Origin: Pseudomonadota bacterium
GTDB taxonomy: Bacteria; Pseudomonadota; Gammaproteobacteria; Methylococcales; Methylococcaceae
Length of the DNA: 64,000 bases
NCBI GenBank assembly: GCA_041158345.1
Contig: JBEBBO010000008.1
Location: 841 to 64,840 of the forward strand
Direction: 5' to 3'
Part shown: positions 56,390-64,000 of the stretch, piece by piece
Layout of the letters: each line of letters begins with the position of its first letter
Position numbering within the stretch: the stretch's first letter is position 1
Notes under the pieces: model-generated
Database searches by the model: none
Told to the model about the DNA's origin: nothing
The model's input: the letters and a program-made list of their open reading frames with translations, nothing else
Translations under genes and position numbers: made by a program

Positions 56390-59300
56390 ATGAAGGTTTC
56401 AACGCCCTTTATCCAACGCCCCGTCGCGACATCCATGCTGATGTTCGCGCTGCTCCTCGTAGGGGTCGTCGGGTTCATGAGACTCCCGGTTTCTGCGCTA
56501 CCCGAAGTGGAATATCCCACGATTCAGGTGCGGACGTTCTATCCCGGCGGAGGACCGGAGGTGATTGAATCGACGATCACGGCGCCCCTCGAAAAGCAGC
56601 TCGGGCAGATCTCCGGATTGACCCAGATGTCTTCATCGAGTGCCTATGGTGTCTCGACCATCACCCTGCAGTTCAATCTCGATCTTGACATTGATGTGGC
56701 GGAGCAGCAGGTGCAGGCGGCCATCAATACGGCTTACACCTACCTTCCCCGTGATCTTCCGACCCCCCCGATCTACAGCAAGAGCAACCCGGCTGATGCA
56801 CCAGTCATGACCTTGGCGCTGACTTCAGACACCCTCCCCCTCATTGCCTTGCATGATCTGGCCGATACCCGCCTGGCCCAGAAAATCGCCCAACTCGCCG
56901 GGGTCGGCCTGGTCAATCTGAACGGGGGCCTTAAACCCGCCATTCACATTCGGGTCAATCCAACCAGCCTTGCGGCCTATGGCATCAGTCTGGAAGAACT
57001 CCGAGATAGCCTGACCCTCGCCACAGTCAATCAGGCCAAGGGCAATTTTGACGGGCCTGAAATTGCGATGACCATTCTCGCCAACGATCAAATCATGACG
57101 TTGGAGGACTATAGAAACCAGATCGTGGTCTATCGAAATCAAGGACCCGTTCGTGTCAGCGATATAGCCGAAGTCACCGAAGCACCTGAAAACCGTCGGC
57201 AATCCAGCATGCTGGACGAGCAGCCTGCGGTCATCCTCGCCATTCATCGCCAACCAGGCGCCAATACCCTCAAGGTCGTCGATAGCATCAAAGCCATTCT
57301 TCCGGAACTCGAAGCAAGTCTTCCAGGGGATATCGACATCCATGAAGTCGCCGATCGCACCCTGACCACGAGGGCCTCCATTCGAAATGTCGAGCATGAA
57401 CTTCTGACGACCATCGCCCTGGTGGTCATGGTCATTTATCTCTTTTTGCGGAATATTCCGGCAACCCTGATCCCGAGCCTTTCCGTCCCCTTGTCCCTCG
57501 CCGGCACCTTTGCTGCCATGTATGGTCTGGGTTACAGCCTGAATAATCTGACCTTGATGGCGTTGACCATCGCGACCGGGTTTGTGGTCGATGATGCCAT
57601 CGTGATGTTGGAGAACATCATGCGCTACATTGAAAAGGGGGAATCGCCTCGAAAAGCGGCCGTCCAGGGCGCGGGAGAAATCGGGTTCACCATCCTCTCG
57701 TTGACCGCATCGCTGATTGCCGTCCTGATTCCGCTCTTGTTCATGGGCGATGTCCTCGGACGCCTGTTCCGTGAATTTGCCATGACCCTCACCCTGGCCA
57801 TTCTGGTCTCGGCGCTGGTTTCACTGACGCTGACGCCCATGTTGGCGGCCTTTTTACCGCAAGCCCAAAAAGGGATGGAACATCAAGAACCCTGGAGGCT
57901 CATGCGCGAAATCCAGGCTTTTTATGAAAAAACGCTGACCTTTGCCCTCGATCGCAGCCGCATCGTTATCAGGATTGCCATAGGGCTGCTGCTCCTGACC
58001 TTGGGCCTAATGTATGTGGTTCCCAAGGGTTTTTTTCCGGTCCAGGATGTGGGAATGCTCGTGGGAATCACTGAAGCCGACCCCTCGATCGGTTTCGAGT
58101 CCATGCACGCGCACCAACAGGAACTGGCCGCACGCATTCTCAAACACCCCGCGGTAGACTCACTCACGTCGCATGTCGGCATCGATGGCACCAATACCAC
58201 CTTGAACCAAGGGCGCCTATTAATCACCCTCAAGCCTTACGCATCGCGGGATTCGGCCTTTAAGGTCATTCAAACCCTGAATGCATCGGTCAAAGGGGTA
58301 GAAGGGATTCGTCTTCATCTGCAACCGGTTCAGGACCTGACCATCGAGGACCGGGTCAGCGAGGCACAATATCAATTCACCGTCGAAGCCCCTGAATCTT
58401 CCCTTGTGGAGACCTGGAACCCGATCATTCTCGAAAAACTCGCCGGACTTCCCGAAATCAGGGACAGCCAGAGCAATTTTGCTGCGACCTCCCGAACGCT
58501 TCAGCTTCAAATTGATCGGGATACCGCATCCCGACTGGGTGTAACCACCGAAGCCATCGCGCAGACGCTCTATGATGCGTTTGGGCAACGACAGATCATC
58601 ACCCGCTACAGTCAAATCAACCAATATCGCGTCATCCTGGAAGTGGATCCGCGGTTTCAGTCGGACCCCGAGAGTTTCCGAAACATCTACATCCCCGGCG
58701 CGAATGGCCGGTCGATCCCCCTTGCCGGCCTATTACATGAGGTGGAAATCCGTTCGCGTTCGGTGATTCATCGGCAAGGTCAATTTCCGACCGCCACCTA
58801 CTCCTTCAACTTGAATGGGCATGCCTCTTTGGGCGATGCGGTCGAGGCAGTCAATCAGGCCCTTTCGGCGTTGAACCTTCCAAAGAGCCTTCGGGTCAAT
58901 TTCCAGGGCACAGCGCGAGCCTTTCAGGGGGCGCTCGACCACCAGTTACCCCTCCTGATGGCTGCGATCATCTCGGTCTATATCCTGCTGGGCATGCTCT
59001 ATGAGAGCTATGTTCATCCCATTACCATTCTGTCGACGCTCCCCTCGGCGGCCGTTGGCGCACTCCTCATGCTCGTTCTGCTGGGCATTGATCTCGATAT
59101 CGTGTCCTTGATCGGTATCGTCCTGCTGATTGGGATTGTCGCCAAAAACGCCATCATGATGATCGATTTCGCCATCAATGCTCAACGGGAAGAGCGGCTG
59201 TCCTCAAGAGCCGCCATTGAGAAAGCGGCCATGCTTCGATTGCGTCCGATTCTCATGACCACCATGGCTGCGCTTTTAGCCGGTGTTCCCCTGGCACTGG

Positions 59301-59482
59301 GCAGCGGGATGGGTGAGGAGATGCGTCGCCCTCTCGGTGTCGTGATCATCGGCGGGCTGATTTTCAGTCAGATCATGACGCTCTACACCACGCCGTGCAT
59401 CTACCTCGGATTCGACAAGTTGTCCAAGCGAATGAGACAACACTTCGGGGCCCGGGGAACCGATCACGCCCAGGCACCTTGA
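56390..59482 (+). CDS. mdtB: RND multidrug efflux permease MdtB-like
   Basis: The N-terminus FIQRPVATSMLM...LPVSALPEVEYPTIQV...AEQQVQAAIN...NPADAPVMTLALTSD closely resembles E. coli MdtB as I recall it. It has 12 TM helices and two large loops. Confidence 0.9.
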   Translation: MKVSTPFIQRPVATSMLMFALLLVGVVGFMRLPVSALPEVEYPTIQVRTFYPGGGPEVIESTITAPLEKQLGQISGLTQMSSSSAYGVSTITLQFNLDLDIDVAEQQVQAAINTAYTYLPRDLPTPPIYSKSNPADAPVMTLALTSDTLPLIALHDLADTRLAQKIAQLAGVGLVNLNGGLKPAIHIRVNPTSLAAYGISLEELRDSLTLATVNQAKGNFDGPEIAMTILANDQIMTLEDYRNQIVVYRNQGPVRVSDIAEVTEAPENRRQSSMLDEQPAVILAIHRQPGANTLKVVDSIKAILPELEASLPGDIDIHEVADRTLTTRASIRNVEHELLTTIALVVMVIYLFLRNIPATLIPSLSVPLSLAGTFAAMYGLGYSLNNLTLMALTIATGFVVDDAIVMLENIMRYIEKGESPRKAAVQGAGEIGFTILSLTASLIAVLIPLLFMGDVLGRLFREFAMTLTLAILVSALVSLTLTPMLAAFLPQAQKGMEHQEPWRLMREIQAFYEKTLTFALDRSRIVIRIAIGLLLLTLGLMYVVPKGFFPVQDVGMLVGITEADPSIGFESMHAHQQELAARILKHPAVDSLTSHVGIDGTNTTLNQGRLLITLKPYASRDSAFKVIQTLNASVKGVEGIRLHLQPVQDLTIEDRVSEAQYQFTVEAPESSLVETWNPIILEKLAGLPEIRDSQSNFAATSRTLQLQIDRDTASRLGVTTEAIAQTLYDAFGQRQIITRYSQINQYRVILEVDPRFQSDPESFRNIYIPGANGRSIPLAGLLHEVEIRSRSVIHRQGQFPTATYSFNLNGHASLGDAVEAVNQALSALNLPKSLRVNFQGTARAFQGALDHQLPLLMAAIISVYILLGMLYESYVHPITILSTLPSAAVGALLMLVLLGIDLDIVSLIGIVLLIGIVAKNAIMMIDFAINAQREERLSSRAAIEKAAMLRLRPILMTTMAALLAGVPLALGSGMGEEMRRPLGVVIIGGLIFSQIMTLYTTPCIYLGFDKLSKRMRQHFGARGTDHAQAP

Positions 59483-59507
59483 TGCAGGCGAGCGCCAGCC
59501 TCCGCCC

Positions 59508-62500
59508 ATGGCCATGAATCCTTCCGCCTTTTTTATCCGTCGGCCTGTCGCAACGACGCTCTTGACCGTGGCCATTGGTCTGGTGGGCCTACTGGCGATG
59601 AGTCGACTCGCGGTGGCCCCTCTGCCCCAGATCGAATTTCCGGCGATCCAGGTCAATGCTGTGCTGCCCGGCGGAAGCCCCGAAACGCTTGCGAGTACGG
59701 TGGCCACGCCACTGGAGCGGCAATTTGGCCGGATTGCGGGGATTACCGAGATGAGTTCAACCTCAACGCTCGGTGGGACCTCGGTCGTACTTCAATTTGA
59801 TCTGGACCGGGATATCGATGCGGCGTCCCGGGATGTTCAAGCGGCCATCAATGCCGCCCGAAGCTTCCTGCCACCCAATCTTCCGACGCTGCCCAATTAC
59901 CGTAAGGTCAATCCGGCCGACAGTCCCGTCATCATTCTCGCGTTGTCCTCTGATCTCTATCCCATGAGCGAGGTCTACAACGTCGCCTCCTCGATCCTGC
60001 AACAGCGATTGAGCCAGACGCCGGGTGTCGGTCAGGTGATGATCGGGGGCAGTTCCCTCCCCGGGATCCGAATTGAAGTCGACCCCGCCTATCTCAATAA
60101 CTATGGACTGGGTCTTGAAGACATTCGTCGCGTCATTCAGGGCCAAAATATCCGGCGACCCGTCGGGGTGATTGAGAACCATGACCTGACCTGGATCCTG
60201 AAACCGATGGATCAATTGCTGAAGGTTGAGGAATACCAAAATCTCATCATCCGCACCGCCAAGGGCCAAACGCTGCGGCTGGGTGACCTTGCCCACATCA
60301 CCCAGGCCGCCGAAGATGCTCGCGCCATTGGTTTTATGGGCGATCAGCCCTGTGTCATCCTCTTGGTCAATCGCCAGCCCGGCGCCAACATCATTGATGC
60401 GGCCGATCGGGTCATTGCGATGATGCCAGAACTTCAGGCCTCTATCCCGGCAGGAATGACCCTCACCAAGGTCATCGATCGAACCCTGACCATCCGCGCA
60501 TCCGTTCACGACATTGAGCTCAGTTTGGTGGTCTCGATCCTCTTGGTGGTCTTTGTCGTTTATCTCTTCCTCGGCAATCTCAAAACCACGCTGATTCCCG
60601 TCATCGCGATCCCGGTGTCGATCCTTGGGACCTATGGCGTGATGTTCGCCCTCGACTACAGTCTCAACAACCTCACGCTCATGGCCTTGACCATTGCAAC
60701 GGGATTTGTCGTCGATGATGCCATCGTGGTGACTGAAAACATCACCCGCCATCTGGAGCGGGGCTTGTCACCCCGGGCGGCGGCGATTCGGGGATCCAAG
60801 GAAATTGGATTTACCATCCTGTCCATCAGCATCTCGCTGGTGGCCGTGTTTCTTCCGCTGCTCCTGATGGAAGGCATGCTGGGTCGCCTTTTCCGCGAAT
60901 TTTCTGTCACCCTCGCTTCAGCGGTCCTGATTTCCATGGTCATCTCCCTGGTGACCACCCCCATGCTCTGCAGTGTCTTCTTGCGACACGAACCCGAGGA
61001 CAAAGCCCTGCGAGGACGCTTCAGCCTTTGGACCGAGGCGTTTCAATCACGGATCGAATCGGGCTACGGGCGCGGTATTCGTTGGGTGGTGGAGCACCAG
61101 TTTTTAATGCTGATCCTCACGTCTTTGACGGTCTTTGCCACGGGTTATCTCTATAAAACAATCCCCAAGGGATTTTTCCCACAACAGGATACGGGGCGAC
61201 TGATGGGCCAGGTCATTGCCGATCAGCAAACCTCCTATCAGGCCATGGTCGGTCGGCTCCATGAATACATCAGGATCATGGGTGAGGATCCTGCGATACA
61301 GGTCGTTGTGGGCTTTGCCGGCGGATCAGGTCCCGGCGGAGGCGGCAGTGCCGTTAATACGGCGCGCGTCTTTGGCGCCTTGAAACCCCTGTCTGATCGG
61401 GGTGTTAATGCGGATGCCGTCATTGGTCGTCTGCGCAGCAAGATGCTTCAGGTCCCCGGTGGCCAGCTGTTCCTACAACCCCCCCAGGATCTTCGGATAG
61501 GCGGCAAGATCAGCGCGACGCAATGGCAGTACACCCTGAAGGCCAGTACCCTCGATGACCTTCGAGACTGGTCGCCCAAGGTTCTCGAGGCCCTTCGAAG
61601 CATCCCGGCCATCACGGATCTCAACATGGACCATCAGAATGCCGGCTTGAGTGCCGTCGTCGAGATCGATCGCGAGACGGCGATGCGCCTCGGCGTGTCC
61701 GTGCAGGCGATTGATGACGCCCTATACGATGCCTTCGGACAGCGTCAGGTTTCAACGCTGTACGGCCGATTGAATCAGGCCCACGTGGTGATGGGTGTTC
61801 CCCTCAATGCCGCCGAGCGGGCCGGGGCCCTTGACCACCTGTATGTGGCCAGCCAATCAGGTAAGGCAGTGCCTTTACGACAGCTCGCCCATTTTCGGAT
61901 GGAGAATATTCCCCTTCAGGTCAACCACAGCGAGCAGTTCCCCTCGACCACGTACTCGTTCAATCTAATCCCAGGCTACTCGCTCAGTGATGCCATCAAG
62001 GACATCCAGACCGTTGAAGCGCGTATCGGCCTTCCGGATGGCGTCAAGGGTAAGTTTCAAGGGGCGGCGCTCGCCTTCCAGTCCTCTCTGAAAAGCCAGC
62101 CGTTTCTGGTCCTCGCCGCCCTGATTTCGGTCTATATCGTCCTCGGCATGCTCTACGAGAACACCCTGCATCCGATCACCATCCTCTCAACCATTCCCTC
62201 AGCCGGCGTCGGCGCCCTTCTGGGACTGATGCTGTTCAAGATTGAACTGAATGTCATTGGCCTGATTGGCATCATCCTCCTGATTGGGATCGTGAAGAAA
62301 AATGCGATCATGATGATCGATTTTGCACTCCACCTTGAGCAACATGAAGGGCTTGATCCCAAGGAAGCCATCATCAGAGCTTGTTTGCTGAGATTTCGCC
62401 CCATCATGATGACCACACTTGCCGCCATTTTTGGGGCCATTCCGCTCGCATTTGGCCGAGGGCCAGGATTTGAGATTCGCCAGCCCCTTGGCATCAGCAT

Positions 62501-62621
62501 CATTGGCGGGCTGCTTCTGAGTCAGCTCATTACGCTCTACAGCACCCCTGTGGTGTATCTCGCGATGGAGCGTTTTCGACTGAAAATGGCGCAGTGGCGA
62601 CTTGCCTTTTCCTCTCGCTAA
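59508..62621 (+). CDS. mdtC: RND multidrug efflux permease MdtC-like
   Basis: The N-terminus FFIRRPVATTLL...VAPLPQIEFPAIQV...ASRDVQAAINAA...NPADSPVIILALSSD resembles MdtC. It is the second permease in tandem. Confidence 0.9.
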   Translation: MAMNPSAFFIRRPVATTLLTVAIGLVGLLAMSRLAVAPLPQIEFPAIQVNAVLPGGSPETLASTVATPLERQFGRIAGITEMSSTSTLGGTSVVLQFDLDRDIDAASRDVQAAINAARSFLPPNLPTLPNYRKVNPADSPVIILALSSDLYPMSEVYNVASSILQQRLSQTPGVGQVMIGGSSLPGIRIEVDPAYLNNYGLGLEDIRRVIQGQNIRRPVGVIENHDLTWILKPMDQLLKVEEYQNLIIRTAKGQTLRLGDLAHITQAAEDARAIGFMGDQPCVILLVNRQPGANIIDAADRVIAMMPELQASIPAGMTLTKVIDRTLTIRASVHDIELSLVVSILLVVFVVYLFLGNLKTTLIPVIAIPVSILGTYGVMFALDYSLNNLTLMALTIATGFVVDDAIVVTENITRHLERGLSPRAAAIRGSKEIGFTILSISISLVAVFLPLLLMEGMLGRLFREFSVTLASAVLISMVISLVTTPMLCSVFLRHEPEDKALRGRFSLWTEAFQSRIESGYGRGIRWVVEHQFLMLILTSLTVFATGYLYKTIPKGFFPQQDTGRLMGQVIADQQTSYQAMVGRLHEYIRIMGEDPAIQVVVGFAGGSGPGGGGSAVNTARVFGALKPLSDRGVNADAVIGRLRSKMLQVPGGQLFLQPPQDLRIGGKISATQWQYTLKASTLDDLRDWSPKVLEALRSIPAITDLNMDHQNAGLSAVVEIDRETAMRLGVSVQAIDDALYDAFGQRQVSTLYGRLNQAHVVMGVPLNAAERAGALDHLYVASQSGKAVPLRQLAHFRMENIPLQVNHSEQFPSTTYSFNLIPGYSLSDAIKDIQTVEARIGLPDGVKGKFQGAALAFQSSLKSQPFLVLAALISVYIVLGMLYENTLHPITILSTIPSAGVGALLGLMLFKIELNVIGLIGIILLIGIVKKNAIMMIDFALHLEQHEGLDPKEAIIRACLLRFRPIMMTTLAAIFGAIPLAFGRGPGFEIRQPLGISIIGGLLLSQLITLYSTPVVYLAMERFRLKMAQWRLAFSSR

Positions 62622-62657
62622 ACCCCAACGAACCACCACGTTGACCGACGGATACCG

Positions 62658-63653
62658 ATGCACGATCTTCCCAAAAACCTGTGGTATCCCCTCTTTCTGG
62701 CCCGGGAAATCAAGACCAAGCCCCAGCGGTTCGAGCGATTTGGTCACTCATGGGTGGTCTGCCGGATGGCCGATGGCGCCCTGTTCATGGCATGGGACCG
62801 TTGCCCGCATATGGGCGCTTCGCTGGCGACCGGCAGCCTCCACGAAAGGGAGATCCAATGCCCTTTCCATGGCTTCTGTTTCAATGCCGAGGGGGACTGC
62901 ACCAGGATCCCGGCGCTCGGGAGACATGGCAAGATCCCCAAGAAAATGAAGCTCCGTACGATTCCACTCCGCGAGGTTCAGGGCTGGGTCTGGGGCTGGT
63001 GGGGTGAAACGGACCCTGATGCGGCCCGGATCCCAGCTTTCACCGAGTTTGATCAACACTGGCGTTGGCGAGATATTTGGAGCACCTGGTCTGTCCATAT
63101 CACACGGGCCATTGAAAATCAGCTCGATGTGGCACATCTCCCCTTTGTGCACCGCAAAAGCATCGGAGCCGGTGGCCGGTCTCTGGTCGAGGGCCCCTAT
63201 GTTGAAGCGAATACTGACGCCATCAAAGTCTGGGTCACGAATTGTCGAGACGAAGGTCAGGTGCCCAGGGACCTTGACACACTGGCACACCTCTCAAAGA
63301 CCCAACCTCCAAACCTCGAGTTCCGTTTTCCAGGACTCTGGCAACTTCGCATCCATTCCACACTGCGATTGCTGGTCGCATTCGTACCCGTCAATGCAAA
63401 GGAAACCCGCTTCTACGTCCGATCCTGTCACACCCTCCGGCTGCCTATCTTGGGCCACCTCTACAGCCAGATTCTGGGACTCAGTAACCGTTGGATCCTG
63501 AAAGAAGACGAACGCATTGTCCGCGAGATTGTCCCACCCAGCAGCCTTGATGCAGAGGATGATTGCCTGATTGCACCAGACCGCGCCATCGTGCATTTCA
63601 GGAAAATCTGGCGGCGCCTTCTTAAAGACACCCCCACCAGCGCACCCGAGTGA
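62658..63653 (+). CDS. Rieske [2Fe-2S] non-heme iron oxygenase-family protein
   Basis: Rieske motif CPHMGASL...17 aa...CPFHGFCF. A downstream D..H....H-type motif (ENQLDVAHLPFVH) suits the mononuclear iron site. Confidence 0.85.
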   Translation: MHDLPKNLWYPLFLAREIKTKPQRFERFGHSWVVCRMADGALFMAWDRCPHMGASLATGSLHEREIQCPFHGFCFNAEGDCTRIPALGRHGKIPKKMKLRTIPLREVQGWVWGWWGETDPDAARIPAFTEFDQHWRWRDIWSTWSVHITRAIENQLDVAHLPFVHRKSIGAGGRSLVEGPYVEANTDAIKVWVTNCRDEGQVPRDLDTLAHLSKTQPPNLEFRFPGLWQLRIHSTLRLLVAFVPVNAKETRFYVRSCHTLRLPILGHLYSQILGLSNRWILKEDERIVREIVPPSSLDAEDDCLIAPDRAIVHFRKIWRRLLKDTPTSAPE

Positions 63654-64000
63654 AACGATTGCCGCACAGACTGCTCATCGCCCTCCTGGCCGTTACGATC
63701 GGCAGCGGACTGCTGTGGGTCCCCCGGCTTTCAGAGTGGGCGATGAACCGTGGGCGCATGGGCATCGAAAAGGCAATCGGCGTTCATGCCGAGGTCGGCG
63801 GTTGGCATGTGGATGCCCTGCGTCACGCGCTGGTCCTTGAAGAGATTCGGCTCGATGATGCACTAGGGCCGGCACTGGCGATCAAGCAGATCGAGATCCA
63901 CTATGAAGGTCCAACCTCAGGGCATTGGTTAGCCCCTCGCTATCGCGTTTCGCTTTCGGAGCCTGTGATCCGACTCATCCGCAATGCCGAGGGGCGTTAC
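63650..64000 (+). CDS. membrane-anchored protein, 5' part only (AsmA/TamB-like N-terminus, tentative)
   Basis: The GTG at 63650 overlaps the previous stop (GTGA). Hand translation VKRLPHRLLIALLAVTIGSGLLWVPRLSEWAMNRGRMGIEKAIGVHAEVGGWHVDALRHALVLEEIRLDD... stays open to the window end. It is absent from the ORF track. Confidence 0.45.
   Translation, partial: MKRLPHRLLIALLAVTIGSGLLWVPRLSEWAMNRGRMGIEKAIGVHAEVGGWHVDALRHALVLEEIRLDDALGPALAIKQIEIHYEGPTSGHWLAPRYRVSLSEPVIRLIRNAEGRY

Noticed and set aside
59763-60752. 329-aa minus-strand ORF inside mdtC, and similar ones in mdtB
   Set aside because: Antisense shadow ORFs in a clearly coding RND permease gene. They are Asp/Gly/His/Arg-rich.
1-64000. tRNA, rRNA, tmRNA and RNase P genes
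   Set aside because: Scanning the larger intergenic regions by eye, I found no cloverleaf-like sequences and no conserved rRNA, tmRNA or RNase P core motifs. This is not an exhaustive computational scan.

Overview
This looks like a chromosomal window from a diderm bacterium. I infer that from outer-membrane barrel, RND efflux, AsmA/DUF748-type and Tat/Sec-exported proteins. It holds roughly 65 protein-coding genes and I recognised no rRNA, tRNA or CRISPR array. All calls come from reading the ORF track and the sequence by eye, so homologies are motif or family recognition from memory, not searches.

Conserved blocks:
- pcm and a FixJ/LuxR-type regulator (1.4-3.0 kb).
- HtrA protease, SRAP/YedK-like protein and FtsH (9.2-13.7 kb).
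- A kdpFABC operon followed by a kinase-less kdpD (15.5-22.1 kb).
- A DAACS transporter and yigZ, then msrQ-msrP (30-34 kb).
- A 1105-aa DUF748/AsmA-like protein, an AI-2E transporter and a P-type ATPase (34.3-41.5 kb).
- gnd, pgi, a Zn-dependent alcohol dehydrogenase and a U32-family protein (42.6-49.4 kb).
- A sensor kinase, a ZIP transporter, mdtABC, a Rieske oxygenase and a partial membrane-anchored protein at the right edge (51.6-64 kb).

Items worth a second look:
1. A three-gene cassette at 4.2-6.5 kb encodes a Sec-exported A/S/G-rich peptide with a near-consensus double-glycine-type leader, a stand-alone signal-bearing C39 peptidase, and an outer-membrane barrel with an N-terminal coiled coil. 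The machinery resembles the Pseudomonas Fap system (FapD/FapF) but the cargo is unrelated.
2. Five RRM-type RNA-binding protein paralogs sit in 18 kb, together with Rmf-like and two NMD3-like zinc-ribbon proteins.
3. A tnpB-only IS200/IS605-family element is frameshifted at a (GT)n tract and abuts an RRM gene start codon. A deletion derivative (MITE-like) retains an omega-RNA-like hairpin with a compensatory change.
4. kdpD stops just before the H-box, while a transmitter-only kinase 9 kb away begins there. The geometry fits a single inversion.
5. Several short tandem repeats and homopolymer tracts lie at or in gene starts.
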